Of a stretch of 64,000 nt of DNA, positions 20,308 to 31,425 are shown one piece after another (the stretch's first letter is position 1; each line of letters opens with the position of its first letter). The notes beneath the pieces are model-generated. The model did not search any database and was not told where the DNA came from. It was given only the letters and a program-made list of their open reading frames with translations. The stretch is from positions 12,540 through 76,539 of the forward strand of contig JARFPM010000004.1 in assembly GCA_030444405.1 (NCBI GenBank), written 5' to 3'. This DNA comes from Nitrospira sp. Its GTDB lineage: Bacteria; Nitrospirota; Nitrospiria; Nitrospirales; Nitrospiraceae. The position numbers and the translations under genes were made by a program.

Positions 20308-22119
20308 TTAGGCTGGAACTGTTTGAGAGGAGGATTGCAACAGAATGTGATCAATTTCCGGTGCGTCGAGCACTTCTTTTTCAAGTAGAGCTTCCGCCAG
20401 AGCCTTCAGACTCGTCATTTGCTCTGTCAGCACACGTTTGGCACGTTCATAATTTTCCGTGACGAAACGCTTGATCTCCAAATCAATTTCAAGTGCCACC
20501 TGATCACTGACATCTCGTTTAGTGGTAAAGTCTCGCCCGAGAAACACCGAATCTTCCTTTTGCCCAAAGGTCAAGGGCCCCAACTTCTCGCTCATACCCC
20601 ATTCGCATACCATCTTGCGGGCAAGGTCCGTCGCACGTTCAAGATCGTTACCGGCTCCGGTTGTAACATGTTTGAATACAAGCTCTTCTGCAACACGTCC
20701 ACCCATGAGAATCGCTAGGGTATTGTAAAGGAACTCTTTAGAATAGTTGTGCCGATCATCTGTCGGCAGCTGCATCGTTACGCCTAGCGCTCGACCTCTC
20801 GGAATGATCGTCACCTTATGAACAGGGTCTGTGCCAGGAAGAAGCTTCGCCATCAATGCGTGGCCGGCTTCGTGGTAGGCAGTGATCCGCTTTTCTTCAT
20901 CGGTGAGGATCATGCTCTTGCGCTCGGCACCCATCATCACCTTGTCCTTGGCCATCTCAAAGTCGATATTCTCGACTTCCTTCTTGTTCTGACGAGCAGC
21001 CCAGAGCGCCGCTTCGTTCACGAGATTTTCCAGATCAGCCCCTGAAAACCCAGGCGTTCCCCTGGCAATCTTTTCCAACTCCACATTCGCGGCGACAGGA
21101 ACCTTTTTCGTATGGACTTTCAAGATTTCCGAACGGCCTTTGAGGTCTGGGCGATTCACCACCACCTGTCGATCAAAGCGTCCAGGTCTCAACAAGGCAG
21201 GGTCGAGCACATCGGGTCGATTAGTCGCTGCGACCAAAATGACTCCCTCGGTTGTGTCGAAGCCGTCCATTTCCACTAACAACTGATTGAGCGTTTGCTC
21301 CCGTTCGTCATGGCCACCGCCGAGGCCTGCGCCTCGCAAGCGGCCAACCGCATCAATTTCATCGATGAAAATGATACACGGGGCATGTTTCTTCCCTTGC
21401 TCGAACAAATCCCGCACCCGTGAAGCCCCGACGCCGACAAACATCTCTACAAAGTCAGAACCGCTAATGCTGAAGAACGGCACCCCGGCTTCTCCGGCAA
21501 TAGCCTTCGCCAATAAAGTCTTTCCTGTGCCTGGAGGGCCGACGACGAGAACGCCTTTGGGGATGCGTCCACCAAGCTTCTGAAACTTCCGTGGGTCTTT
21601 CAGGAATTCAATGATTTCAAGGACTTCCTCTTTCGCCTCATCGACACCGGCCACGTCCGAAAAGGTAACCTTTTTTCGCTCTTCCGTCAGCATTCTTGCA
21701 CGACTCTTTCCAAAGGATAGAGCCTTGTTTCCACCGATTTGCATCTGACGCATCAGGAAAAACCAGAGACCGAGGAAGAGGATGAAAGGCCCCCAGGTTA
21801 CGAGAAACGTGATATACCACGGACTTTCGTCCGGGGGCTTGACTTCAATCTGAACCTCTTTTTCACGAAGAACTTTGACAAAGTCAGGGTAATCGGCTGA
21901 ATAGGTACGGATACGAGTCTTGTCCTTCAAGACCCCGCTGATGTGATTGCCTTTAATAATGACCTTTTCAAAATCACCCTTGTCGAGCTTTGCCATAAAA
22001 TCGCTGAATATCACTTCTTCTTCAGGTGCGTGAGTCGGAACACTGAACAGATTGAAGAGGAGAATCATGAACAAGCCAACCACCACCCAGAAGAGCAAGT
22101 TCTTGACCCGGGAATTCAT
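20308..22119 (-). CDS. ftsH: ATP-dependent zinc metalloprotease FtsH
   Basis: Two N-terminal TMs, Walker [14 protein letters not shown], Walker [20 protein letters not shown] zinc site. Confidence 0.97.
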   Translation of the reverse strand: MNSRVKNLLFWVVVGLFMILLFNLFSVPTHAPEEEVIFSDFMAKLDKGDFEKVIIKGNHISGVLKDKTRIRTYSADYPDFVKVLREKEVQIEVKPPDESPWYITFLVTWGPFILFLGLWFFLMRQMQIGGNKALSFGKSRARMLTEERKKVTFSDVAGVDEAKEEVLEIIEFLKDPRKFQKLGGRIPKGVLVVGPPGTGKTLLAKAIAGEAGVPFFSISGSDFVEMFVGVGASRVRDLFEQGKKHAPCIIFIDEIDAVGRLRGAGLGGGHDEREQTLNQLLVEMDGFDTTEGVILVAATNRPDVLDPALLRPGRFDRQVVVNRPDLKGRSEILKVHTKKVPVAANVELEKIARGTPGFSGADLENLVNEAALWAARQNKKEVENIDFEMAKDKVMMGAERKSMILTDEEKRITAYHEAGHALMAKLLPGTDPVHKVTIIPRGRALGVTMQLPTDDRHNYSKEFLYNTLAILMGGRVAEELVFKHVTTGAGNDLERATDLARKMVCEWGMSEKLGPLTFGQKEDSVFLGRDFTTKRDVSDQVALEIDLEIKRFVTENYERAKRVLTEQMTSLKALAEALLEKEVLDAPEIDHILLQSSSQTVPA

Positions 22120-22218
22120 CCAGTTCTCCTTCGCGACAACGTTGAATGCAACGTATTCCTAAATCGAGGTGATGTTAACATAGCCTTGCGCAAATTGACA
22201 ACAGCTCGCTCGAAAACT

Positions 22219-22761
22219 CTACTCTTCCTGCTGATTCAGTTGATCGAGGACAGCCAGGTACGGAAGGTTCCGGTACTTTTGTTGGTAATCGAGTCCGTAA
22301 CCGACGACGTACTGGTTCGGAATTCTGAACCCGATATATTGCAACGGCACATTGACGACGCGGCGCTCTGGTTTACTCAGCAAGGTACAAACCTTGATGC
22401 TTCTCGGTTTCTGTTTCGCCAACGCTTTTATGAGATATTGAACCGTCAATCCCGAATCGACAATGTCCTCTACCAGCAGCACATCTCTATCTTTGATCTT
22501 TTCGGTTAGCTCGGTTACGAGCTTGACCTTCCCGGACGTCTTCGCCTGTGTTCCGTAGCTCGTCACAATGATGAAGTCTACCTGCACTGGAATTCGGATC
22601 GCTCGTGCCAAATCGGCAAAAAACGCATAGGCCCCCTTTAATACTCCGACAAGCACGAGGTCTTTGCCCGCATAGTCGGCGCTGATCTGTCTTCCCAGCT
22701 CCCGAATACGGCTCCGCATTTGCTCCTGGGTGACGATCGGGCGTCCGAACATACGTTCCAT
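22219..22761 (-). CDS. hpt: hypoxanthine phosphoribosyltransferase
   Basis: PRPP motif VLLVEDIVDSGLT. Conserved tilS-hpt-ftsH order. Confidence 0.92.
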   Translation of the reverse strand: MERMFGRPIVTQEQMRSRIRELGRQISADYAGKDLVLVGVLKGAYAFFADLARAIRIPVQVDFIIVTSYGTQAKTSGKVKLVTELTEKIKDRDVLLVEDIVDSGLTVQYLIKALAKQKPRSIKVCTLLSKPERRVVNVPLQYIGFRIPNQYVVGYGLDYQQKYRNLPYLAVLDQLNQQEE

Positions 22762-22762
22762 T

Positions 22763-24256
22763 TCACTCAGTCCCTTCCCTCAGAGATAGATTATCAGAAG
22801 TGAACACCAAACAGCGTTCCGTTGCGGCAGTGGGTGCCCAGCGGGCATCCTGCCGATAACCAACGACCCACAGGATTCCCTCGGGAGCCACCACCAGAGG
22901 AATGCGAGATCGGGCCGCAATCGATATCTTCAGGTCCGTGAAAAAATCCTGCAGCTTCTTCGAATGTCCTCCCATGCCGGAGGGTTGGAATCTGTCTCCC
23001 GGCAACCAATTCCGTACCATCAGCGGCTGAGACACCCGATCGGCATCCACCAGAATCCGATCCTTTCCGAGGGGTGTACAAATCCGGCTTCTTGCCTGCT
23101 GTTGCACCTGAAGTCGTTGACCCGTTCCAGACCAGATAAGCTCTCCAGGTACAGATAAGAACTCCTGACGGCCGCTGTGCGGTTGTCCACCATGGGACAT
23201 CGCTCGTGCTTGAAGCGGAAGAAACCGTAGACGACGATCACCGACAACCACGCGCCACCCCTTCACATCGAGACTTGAACCGAACCCCTTCTTTAAGGCC
23301 AGGCGAATGATGCAATCCACCGTTCGGACATTGGGCGAGCGAAACTGACCTTCATTCTGGCGCAAGAGGTTTCGGATGCAACGTCGTTGAAGGGCGTGCG
23401 GAAGCTCCAAAAGAAAACTGCGATCGACCGCCCAACTTCCGGCAGACCCGCGTTTTACGGCAGAAGAGGAAAGGGCGTCAACCTGCTGGTCCAGACAACG
23501 ATCGTCTTCTCTGCAGATATCCGCAAGCTTGCAGAGCGCATCAACGCTGGAAGGGACCAGCCGATTCAGAATTGGTATGACCTCTCTCCTAACTCGGTTC
23601 CGCAAGTAATGCGGCTGGAAATTGCTGGAGTCCTCCCGAAACGACAACCCTCCCGTGCGAAGATACGTCACGATTTCTTGCCGCTTGGTGTCGTATAAAG
23701 GCCGAATAACCTTGTTATCGCGGAACGCCGGCATGCCGGAAAGACCGGTAAGTCCCGCACCACGAAGCATCCATAGCAAGACCGTCTCTGCCTGATCGTC
23801 TGCCGTATGGCCTACGGCAATACGGTCCGCCCCACACTTCTCAGCGATCTCCTGCATCACCCGATAGCGGAGGTCACGAGCTTCAGCCTGCAGTGAGGTC
23901 TTACGCCCACCAGTGTGTAATTCAACCCGTCGAACATGGAGAGGAACTCCGAGACCTCGGCAAAAGACCTCCACAAATTTTTGGTCCTCTTCGGATTCAG
24001 TCCCTCGCAGTCCATAGTTGCAATGAACGGCTGAAAGCGTCAGCTCCCAACTCGACCGGAGATGATGCAGACTCGATAGCAATGCGACGGAATCAGGGCC
24101 GCCCGAGACGGCGACCAATATGTGCTGTCCACGGTGAAAGAGGCTTCTGGACCGAACCGTTCGAAGGACCCGATGCAACAGCGGTGGCCAGGCTATCTTA
24201 CTGATGGATCTGTTTAAGGGCGGTTGCAAGGACTCATCGCCCTCCGATTGTTTCAT
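22763..24256 (-). CDS. tilS: tRNA(Ile)-lysidine synthase
   Basis: PP-loop VAVSGGPDSVAL and a C-terminal TilS substrate domain. The start may lie a few codons downstream of 24256. Confidence 0.9.
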   Translation of the reverse strand: MKQSEGDESLQPPLNRSISKIAWPPLLHRVLRTVRSRSLFHRGQHILVAVSGGPDSVALLSSLHHLRSSWELTLSAVHCNYGLRGTESEEDQKFVEVFCRGLGVPLHVRRVELHTGGRKTSLQAEARDLRYRVMQEIAEKCGADRIAVGHTADDQAETVLLWMLRGAGLTGLSGMPAFRDNKVIRPLYDTKRQEIVTYLRTGGLSFREDSSNFQPHYLRNRVRREVIPILNRLVPSSVDALCKLADICREDDRCLDQQVDALSSSAVKRGSAGSWAVDRSFLLELPHALQRRCIRNLLRQNEGQFRSPNVRTVDCIIRLALKKGFGSSLDVKGWRVVVGDRRLRFLPLQARAMSHGGQPHSGRQEFLSVPGELIWSGTGQRLQVQQQARSRICTPLGKDRILVDADRVSQPLMVRNWLPGDRFQPSGMGGHSKKLQDFFTDLKISIAARSRIPLVVAPEGILWVVGYRQDARWAPTAATERCLVFTSDNLSLREGTE

Positions 24257-25187
24257 GATATCGTCGCAGGATGTCCCTCGCAGAATTCACGTCGGCGCTA
24301 ATTTGTCGGCTCAGAGCTTCTCCACTGTCAAACTGCGCATCGCCTCGGATACGACCGATAAACTCAACAGTGAGCGTTTGTCCATACAGCTCGTGAATCC
24401 CATCCAGGATGGATACTTCCAATCCCCGTTCACCACCATCAAAGGTCGGTCTTGTACCGATATAGGCGACCGCATCATATCGCTCCTGGTCCAGGATTGC
24501 GACAGAAGCATAAATTCCGTCGGCAGGAACCACGCGGTCTGGAGGTAACCGAAGGTTCGCAGTAGGACACCCTAACGTTCGCCCCCTCCCCTCGCCGGGA
24601 GATACGACTCCGCTCAGAGCATAGTGGCGGCCGAGCAAGACAGCCGCTTGATCGACATGTCCTGCGACGATGAGCTGTCTGATTCTCGTCGAGCTGACTA
24701 TTACTCCATCAATCATCACGGGAGGCGTCGGATGGACGATGAAGCCGAATCGTTGGCCGAGCGCCGTCAAATCGGCGATCGTTCCTGCCCGCTTGTGCCC
24801 AAAGGCAAAATGTTGTCCGACAAAGATTTCTTTGAGTCCGAGCCCTTTGGAGAGAACCTGCTCGGCGAACATCTCTGGAGAGAGTGCAGCAAATGCTTGC
24901 GTGAACTCCAGGGAGACCACTTCGTCGATCCCGGCTTGTTCGAAACGAGCACGTTTCTCTTCCCCGCTCGTCAAGAACCGCAGATCAACGTGAGGCGCAA
25001 GGATTTTCACCGGGTGAGGGTCGAACGTCAGGACGATAGCCGTTCCATGGGCACCGCGTGCCGTCTCAACCACCTGTTTCAAGAGCGCATGGTGACCGAG
25101 ATGATGCCCGTCGAAATTCCCGATGGTTCCCACCGGATACGGCCGCACGACCTCGCCCGAATATCCGCGGGTCACTTTCATCGTCAA
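24234..25187 (-). CDS. ribF: bifunctional riboflavin kinase / FMN adenylyltransferase
   Basis: GNFDGHHLGHHAL, GFPTAN-like LGCPTANL, C-terminal kinase domain with E..F.G.iR pattern. Confidence 0.92.
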   Translation of the reverse strand: MTMKVTRGYSGEVVRPYPVGTIGNFDGHHLGHHALLKQVVETARGAHGTAIVLTFDPHPVKILAPHVDLRFLTSGEEKRARFEQAGIDEVVSLEFTQAFAALSPEMFAEQVLSKGLGLKEIFVGQHFAFGHKRAGTIADLTALGQRFGFIVHPTPPVMIDGVIVSSTRIRQLIVAGHVDQAAVLLGRHYALSGVVSPGEGRGRTLGCPTANLRLPPDRVVPADGIYASVAILDQERYDAVAYIGTRPTFDGGERGLEVSILDGIHELYGQTLTVEFIGRIRGDAQFDSGEALSRQISADVNSARDILRRYHETIGGR

Positions 25188-26159
25188 TCAAGGAAGCAGC
25201 TTGACAGCGTCTTTCGCAAAGTACGACAGGATCAGATCGGCTCCCGCCCGTTTGATCGCCAACAGCGATTCCATCATGGCACGTGATTCATCGAGCCACC
25301 CCGCCCTCGCTGCGGCCTTAATCATGCTGTACTCGCCGCTCACTTGATAGGCAGCAAGAGGAAGAAGCGTACGGGCGCGGGCAGTCGCGATAATGTCCAG
25401 ATAAGGCAGCGCCGGCTTGACCATCACGATATCGGCTCCTTCTTCGACATCCAGCTCGATTTCGCGAAGCGCTTCGCGCGCATTCGCCGGATCCATCTGA
25501 TAGGATTGCCGGTCGCCGAATTGAGGACTGGAGAACGCCGCATCACGAAAGGGGGCGTAGAAGCATGAAGAAAATTTTGCGGCGTAGGCCATGATCGGCA
25601 CATCTGAAAAGCCGGCTCGATCTAATTCGCCTCTGATGGCAGCGACACGACCATCCATCATATCGGACGGCGCCACCATATCGGCGCCCGCTGCTGCATG
25701 GGTGCGAGCCATAGCCGTGAGACACTCGAGCGTCTCATCATTAAGGATCTTCCCCTCCCTCACAATCCCACAGTGCCCGTGACTTGTGTATTCATCGATA
25801 CAGACGTCGGTAATGACCAGCAATCCCGGCACCTGCTTCTTGACTGCCCGGATCGCCCGCTGCACGATCCCGTTTGGATCCAAGCCCGAACTGCCCTGTT
25901 CATCCTTGTAGGCTGGGATGCCGAACAAGATAATTGCCGGAATGCCCAAGGCGTTGATTTCACCGGCCTCTTTGACCAGCAGATCAATCGACAGCCGAAA
26001 TTGGCCAGGCATCGAAGGGATTTCCTCACGACGATTTTCTCCCTCGACCACAAACAGCGGATAGATAAAATCCGACGGAGACAGCGCTGTCTCACGCACC
26101 ATCCGCCGCAGCGATTCATGTTGTCTCAGTCGCCGGAGACGCTGGATTGGGAACCCCAT
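25188..26159 (-). CDS. hemB: porphobilinogen synthase (ALA dehydratase)
   Basis: RRLR...[40 protein letters not shown]. Confidence 0.95.
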   Translation of the reverse strand: MGFPIQRLRRLRQHESLRRMVRETALSPSDFIYPLFVVEGENRREEIPSMPGQFRLSIDLLVKEAGEINALGIPAIILFGIPAYKDEQGSSGLDPNGIVQRAIRAVKKQVPGLLVITDVCIDEYTSHGHCGIVREGKILNDETLECLTAMARTHAAAGADMVAPSDMMDGRVAAIRGELDRAGFSDVPIMAYAAKFSSCFYAPFRDAAFSSPQFGDRQSYQMDPANAREALREIELDVEEGADIVMVKPALPYLDIIATARARTLLPLAAYQVSGEYSMIKAAARAGWLDESRAMMESLLAIKRAGADLILSYFAKDAVKLLP

Positions 26160-26167
26160 ATCCCGTC

Positions 26168-26560
26168 TTACTTTCGCGGAAGGTTGGTTAAGAACACAAC
26201 GAGATCGCGAACGGAGATGATCCCGACCAACTTGCCGTCGCGCGTGACACCAAGATGCCGGAGATGGGATTGTGCCATCAAATCGTTGGCATCCAGCAAC
26301 GTCTTGCTCTCCTCGATCGTCATGATAGGGGCCGACATGATCTGCTCGACCGTTGTCTTCGTGGCATCCGCCCCAGCGGCAACCACCCGGCGCATCATGT
26401 CTGTATCCGTGATGATTCCGATGATCTCCCGGTCGTTGGTTACGAACAAACTGCCGATCCCGCGATCGCGCATGATGCGGGCGGCCGTCTGTGTATCTGT
26501 ATCACGAGGCACCGTCACGAACTTTTCTCGGGGAATCATGAACGACTTTACAGGAACCAT
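26168..26560 (-). CDS. CBS-pair domain protein
   Basis: ORF 26168..26668. Start set at [12 protein letters not shown] because the upstream gene stops at 26610. Two CBS repeats. Close paralog of 56241..56675. Confidence 0.8.
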   Translation of the reverse strand: MVPVKSFMIPREKFVTVPRDTDTQTAARIMRDRGIGSLFVTNDREIIGIITDTDMMRRVVAAGADATKTTVEQIMSAPIMTIEESKTLLDANDLMAQSHLRHLGVTRDGKLVGIISVRDLVVFLTNLPRK

Positions 26561-26609
26561 CGTGCCCTCCCTCCTTGTATAAGACCCTCGTACATCTTGC
26601 GTGCTTTCG

Positions 26610-28178
26610 TTACTGCAGAGCTCCCGTGGTAACGGGCTCACGGCTTCCATAATGGTGGGCGATCGCATCCACCAGTGCGGGAATCGTATTCTCGCTCGGC
26701 ATGATCGAAACCGTCAAACCATATTCCTCTGCTGTCTTGGCCGTGATGGGTCCGATGCAAGCGATCATGACGGATTGCAAGAGCGGTTTCACCGCTTCTA
26801 CACCGCCGAGCATCGCGACAAAGTTGCGGACCGTGGACGAGCTCGTAAACGTGACAACATGAATCCGATGATCCGTGAGCTCCTGCCGCCACCTCTCGGA
26901 ATCCTGGTCTGGTGTAAGCGTTCGGTACACGGAGATGACCTCGACATGCGCCCCGGCAGCACGAAGTTCGTCCGGCAAGAGCTCTCTGGCCACTTCCGCC
27001 CGAGGGATCAGGATACGGGATTTCTCTAAATCCTGCCGATTCAGTGTGGCTAACACTCCTTCTGCCTGATATTCTGCCGGAACCACATCCGCTCTGACAC
27101 CAAACTTTTCCAACTCCTGAGCTGTGCGAGGCCCAATGCAGCAAAGTTGCCGTCCAGCTAAGCAGCGTGAGTCAAAACCACGAGCCAACAGCCTAGTCAT
27201 GAAACGGCTCACGCCATTGACGCTGGTAAAAATAATCCAATTGTACGTCCCGATCTCGGAGATGGCTTGATCGACAGGCGCCCAGTCGAGAGGAGGAACG
27301 ATCTTGATCGTCGGAGCCTCGACCGGTTCCGCTCCATAGGCGGCCAATCGGGCAGCTATCTCACCAGCTTGTTCTTTCGCTCGCGTCATGAGCACCCGTT
27401 TTCCAAAGAGCGGGCGCTGCTCGAACCAGTTCAGTTTTTGCCTCAGTCGAACAACCTCCCCGACGACGATAACCGTCGGCGGTTCCATCTGCGCTGCGTC
27501 CGCTTTGTCCGCAATATCAGCCAGTGTGCCGACAACGGTCTGCTGTGAGACTCTCGTTCCCCACCGAATGATCGCCACGGGAGTAGACCCCGCTCGCCCT
27601 TCGGCCATTAAGGTCGCGGCGATCGTCGAAAGATTTTTCATGCCCATGAGAAAGACTACCGTACCCTGGCTCGTCGCAAGCCTTGACCAGTCCAAGGCCG
27701 TGGAAGGCTTTTCTTGATCTTCATGTCCAGTCACAATCGTCAGCGTAGACGCCAACGTTCGATGAGTCACCGGAATACCGGCATACGCAGGGGCGGCAAC
27801 AGCGGCGGTCACCCCAGGAACGATTTCGAATTCGATCCCAGCCGAAGCGAGCGCTTCCGCTTCCTCTCCTCCTCGCCCAAAGACAAACGGATCGCCTCCC
27901 TTCAACCGCACGACCACGTTGCCTGCGCTGGCTCGTTCAATCAGCAGATGATTGATCGCTTCCTGCTCAGGGTATTTTCCTTTGCCCCTCCGTCCGACAT
28001 AGACTCGCTCTGCTTGGTCCCGGGCATGGGCAAGGAGGGTGGGATTGGCAAGATAATCGTAGAGAACCACGTCAGCCTGCTCAAGACACTCTTTTCCTCG
28101 AAGGGTCAAAAGCCCAGGATCTCCAGGACCAGCTCCGACCAAATAGACCTTCCCTTTGTTCCCTCGTGCCATGTTCAC
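26610..28178 (-). CDS. cobA-hemD: fused uroporphyrinogen-III C-methyltransferase / uroporphyrinogen-III synthase
   Basis: N-terminal SUMT domain [18 protein letters not shown]...[14 protein letters not shown]-terminal ~250 aa resemble HemD ([11 protein letters not shown]...IFTSVNGV...FTSSSTV). Confidence 0.88.
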   Translation of the reverse strand: MNMARGNKGKVYLVGAGPGDPGLLTLRGKECLEQADVVLYDYLANPTLLAHARDQAERVYVGRRGKGKYPEQEAINHLLIERASAGNVVVRLKGGDPFVFGRGGEEAEALASAGIEFEIVPGVTAAVAAPAYAGIPVTHRTLASTLTIVTGHEDQEKPSTALDWSRLATSQGTVVFLMGMKNLSTIAATLMAEGRAGSTPVAIIRWGTRVSQQTVVGTLADIADKADAAQMEPPTVIVVGEVVRLRQKLNWFEQRPLFGKRVLMTRAKEQAGEIAARLAAYGAEPVEAPTIKIVPPLDWAPVDQAISEIGTYNWIIFTSVNGVSRFMTRLLARGFDSRCLAGRQLCCIGPRTAQELEKFGVRADVVPAEYQAEGVLATLNRQDLEKSRILIPRAEVARELLPDELRAAGAHVEVISVYRTLTPDQDSERWRQELTDHRIHVVTFTSSSTVRNFVAMLGGVEAVKPLLQSVMIACIGPITAKTAEEYGLTVSIMPSENTIPALVDAIAHHYGSREPVTTGALQ

Positions 28179-29122
28179 GCTGATCCGTAAATCTCCCGGA
28201 GAATTTTGTCTCCTCCCCGAGTCAGCAGTCGTTCAGCCAATTGAATACCCAACGCGTGAGCCTGCAGACGTGTCCCCTCAATCTGGTCGCGAAGGACGGT
28301 CCTCCCATCGACACTGGCAACCAGGCCATCCAATACAAGCTGCTCACCGGATAGGGTTGCGTGGGCTGCAATGGGCACCTGACACCCCCCCTCCAGGCGA
28401 TGCAAGAAAGCCCGCTCTGCGGTCACGGTCGTATGGGTTGTCTGATGATTGAGTCGAAATAAAACGGAACGCACGAACGCATCACTAATCCGACCTTCGA
28501 TCCCAAGAGCCCCTTGTCCGATCGCAGGCAGACTGAGGATGGGGGGAAGATATTCCGTGATGGCCTGAGACCACCCCAACCGGTGCAGACCAGCAGCCGC
28601 CAAGACGATGGCATCGAACTGGCCCTCTTTGAGTTTTCTCAGGCGCGTATCTAAATTGCCGCGTAGCATCGCGATCTTCAGGTCTGGCCTGGCCTGTAAT
28701 AGTTGCGCCTGACGTCGGAGACTTGCCGTCCCGATGCTGGCACCGAATGGAAGGTCCTGGAATGAGTAACCTTCACGACTGATGAGAGCGTCACGAGCAT
28801 CCTCACGCGGAGGAACACAGAGAATGTCGAGCCCTTCGGGCAATTGCGCCGGAACATCCTTCATGCTGTGAACAGCGAAATCGATCTCGCCGGCGAGTAA
28901 CGCGTCCTCAATCTCCTTGACGAACAGACCTTTCCCTCCGATTTTCGCCAATGGCACGTCGACAATCTTGTCGCCGGACGTCTGAATCTTCTTGAGCACG
29001 ACTTGGACCTCCGGCACCACCTCCTGAACCTTGGATTGGAACCATTCACTTTGACAAAGCGCCAATTTGCTCCCTCTCGTCCCAAGAACCAAGGTTGAGC
29101 GTTGGCCGTTCTGTATCGACAC
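28175..29122 (-). CDS. hemC: hydroxymethylbilane synthase (porphobilinogen deaminase)
   Basis: LGTRGSKLALCQ, GDK..D.PL, VHSMKDVP, RGNLDTRL, CQVPIAA. Confidence 0.95.
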   Translation of the reverse strand: MSIQNGQRSTLVLGTRGSKLALCQSEWFQSKVQEVVPEVQVVLKKIQTSGDKIVDVPLAKIGGKGLFVKEIEDALLAGEIDFAVHSMKDVPAQLPEGLDILCVPPREDARDALISREGYSFQDLPFGASIGTASLRRQAQLLQARPDLKIAMLRGNLDTRLRKLKEGQFDAIVLAAAGLHRLGWSQAITEYLPPILSLPAIGQGALGIEGRISDAFVRSVLFRLNHQTTHTTVTAERAFLHRLEGGCQVPIAAHATLSGEQLVLDGLVASVDGRTVLRDQIEGTRLQAHALGIQLAERLLTRGGDKILREIYGSA

Positions 29123-29149
29123 GTTGAGACGCTTTTCCTTACCCGCCGA

Positions 29150-30541
29150 TCAACGGGCTCGTTTATGGATTGATGTTTCTGAAACCGGATCCTCGGCACT
29201 CGACTCTGCAGAGCTCTCACTATGATACCGCGGCGACTCTCTATAGGTCTCGATCTGTTGAACAGACGGAGAGTGCCGGTCGAGAGAAAAAAATCGACGG
29301 GCCGCTTCGACGAACGCCGGGCCGCTCGAAGAGTTGACTTCGGCCTTGAGGGTGACCATCGTGCGATGAATCAATTTATTGACGATCGAGGAGGCAAGGC
29401 CTTCAACCAGTTCGCGGTCCTGAGGAGACAGATGCGGCAATCGCGCGAGTACCTTGTCGACCTCCGCCCGCTTCAGATCATCGACGTGATTCCTGAGCGC
29501 GACGATCGTTGGAGTGACCTCCAAGGATTTCATCCAGTCAAGCACGGTAGTCACTTCTTCCAGAACCATTCTCTCGGCCTTCTCCGCCTCCTGCACGCGC
29601 TCGGCTCGGTTCTGTTCGACTCGATGTTTCAGATCATCAATGTCGAAGAGAAACGCATTGTCGACATGGCGAACAGCCGGGTCAATGTTCCGCGGAACCG
29701 AAATATCAATCAAGAACATCGGACGGTTCATGCGCTCTTCGACGGCACGATGCACATCCTCTGCGCCGACAAGATAATGTGCCGCGCCGGTGGAAACCAG
29801 GACAATGTCCGCTGAGGCCATATCATCCTTGAACTGATCGAATGGGACCGCCGTCCCACCGAACTTGGCGGCGAGATCAACCGCATGCTGCGGAGTCCTC
29901 GTCGTGATACGCACGTGCCCCACGCCATGAGCGATCAAATGCTTGGCCGCCAACTTCGCCATTTCACCGGCACCGACCAACAGCACGGTCTTCTCGTGCA
30001 GATTCGAGAAGATCTTCTTGGCCAACTCGACGGCGGCATAGCTGACCGACACCGCCATTTCTGAAATTTTCGTTTCGGTCCGCACGCGTTTGGCCACTGA
30101 AATAGCCTTCTTGACGACCTTGTTCATGATCAGACCGGTCGTCTTATGGGCCAGCGCAACTTCAAACGCATCCTTGAGTTGTCCTAGGATTTGAGATTCT
30201 CCGATGATCATAGAATCAAGACTGGCTGCAACCCTGAACAAGTGACCGATCGCTCGATCCCCGGTATGCCAATAGAGGTGAGGGGTCAACTGTTCGGAAG
30301 ACAACGACAGATGCGTGTCGGCAAGAAACTCCTGAATACGTCCATATCCGGCTTCAACATCATCGACAACCGAGTAGACCTCGACTCGATTGCAGGTCGA
30401 GAGCAGGATGCCTTCTTTGACCCCAGGGTACGAACAGAGGCGAGTGAGAGCCTCGCCAAGACGGCTTTCGGGAACCGCGAGTCGCTCTCGGATTTCGACC
30501 GGAGCCGTCTTGTGACTCAACCCAACGACAATCAGATGCAT
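29150..30541 (-). CDS. hemA: glutamyl-tRNA reductase
   Basis: VVGLSHKTAPVEIRE, LSTCNRVEVY, GESQILGQ, NAD site VGAGEMA. Confidence 0.95.
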   Translation of the reverse strand: MHLIVVGLSHKTAPVEIRERLAVPESRLGEALTRLCSYPGVKEGILLSTCNRVEVYSVVDDVEAGYGRIQEFLADTHLSLSSEQLTPHLYWHTGDRAIGHLFRVAASLDSMIIGESQILGQLKDAFEVALAHKTTGLIMNKVVKKAISVAKRVRTETKISEMAVSVSYAAVELAKKIFSNLHEKTVLLVGAGEMAKLAAKHLIAHGVGHVRITTRTPQHAVDLAAKFGGTAVPFDQFKDDMASADIVLVSTGAAHYLVGAEDVHRAVEERMNRPMFLIDISVPRNIDPAVRHVDNAFLFDIDDLKHRVEQNRAERVQEAEKAERMVLEEVTTVLDWMKSLEVTPTIVALRNHVDDLKRAEVDKVLARLPHLSPQDRELVEGLASSIVNKLIHRTMVTLKAEVNSSSGPAFVEAARRFFSLDRHSPSVQQIETYRESPRYHSESSAESSAEDPVSETSIHKRAR

Positions 30542-30572
30542 GTGACCATCAAGCGCATAGTTTGACCAAACG

Positions 30573-31364
30573 CTAGGTTTCTTTCAGCACCACGCCGACT
30601 AATGTGAGAATGACACAAGCGAACCCGATAACCGTCAGGTAGGCCGCGCGCTTTGCCCTCCACCCTACGGTCAGCCTTCCCACCAACACGACGAAATAGA
30701 AGACCCAGGTGACAAGCGCCCCGACTTGCTCCGGGTTCCAACTGACATAGGATCCGCGCGCAAACTCGGCCGAGATGGCTCCCGTTACGATTCCCAAGGT
30801 AAGCAAGGGGAACCCCAATACGATAGATTGCTGATTGAGATGATCGAGAAAGTCGAGCGCCGGCAACTTGCTGTAGAGGACGTTGAACTGTTTCGACTTG
30901 AGGAGTCGATCCTGTATCAGGTACATCACACCCGCCACGAATGCAACGGTAAATCCCACAGCGCCCAGCATGCTGAGCGTGACATGAAACCACAAGGTCT
31001 TGAACACAGGCTGAAGAGTGGGTACCGTTTCCGGAAGAGCTGCGGACGAGACCAAGGAGACCAAGGCTAAGGGCACCATGAAGGACCCAAGCACATGAAT
31101 CCGATGGCGGAACTCGACGATCACAAACACAAGAATGATCATCCAGGAGAAAAAGGAAAGGGCGTCTGAGAAGCTGGGCGGAGCCGATGATGAGACCTCG
31201 ACCATTCTGATGACGAGACCAATGGTATGGGAAATGAAGCCGGCAGCCGTAATAGCCAATGACACATTCGACAAGGCTTCGGAGCGTCGCAGCAAATAGG
31301 CAAGAAACGACACCGTGGCCACGAAGTACAGGACCATAGTGACCATGAAACAGACGGCTGCCAT
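30573..31364 (-). CDS. cytochrome c assembly family membrane protein (CcsA/HemX-like)
   Basis: 263 aa with 8 hydrophobic segments. Trp-rich segment SYVSWNPEQVGALVTWVFY. Sits directly upstream of hemA, as in hemAX-type operons. Confidence 0.75.
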   Translation of the reverse strand: MAAVCFMVTMVLYFVATVSFLAYLLRRSEALSNVSLAITAAGFISHTIGLVIRMVEVSSSAPPSFSDALSFFSWMIILVFVIVEFRHRIHVLGSFMVPLALVSLVSSAALPETVPTLQPVFKTLWFHVTLSMLGAVGFTVAFVAGVMYLIQDRLLKSKQFNVLYSKLPALDFLDHLNQQSIVLGFPLLTLGIVTGAISAEFARGSYVSWNPEQVGALVTWVFYFVVLVGRLTVGWRAKRAAYLTVIGFACVILTLVGVVLKET

Positions 31365-31425
31365 AGGGATGCCCCTGCGCTGACTAGAGACCTAGCATCG
31401 ACGAGATAAAGGTGAAATTATATCG

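Noticed and set aside
25698-26582. 294-aa plus-strand ORF
   Set aside because: It lies antisense to hemB and the CBS gene. Its composition is low-complexity Arg/Ser-rich, and the hem genes are clearly the real frames.
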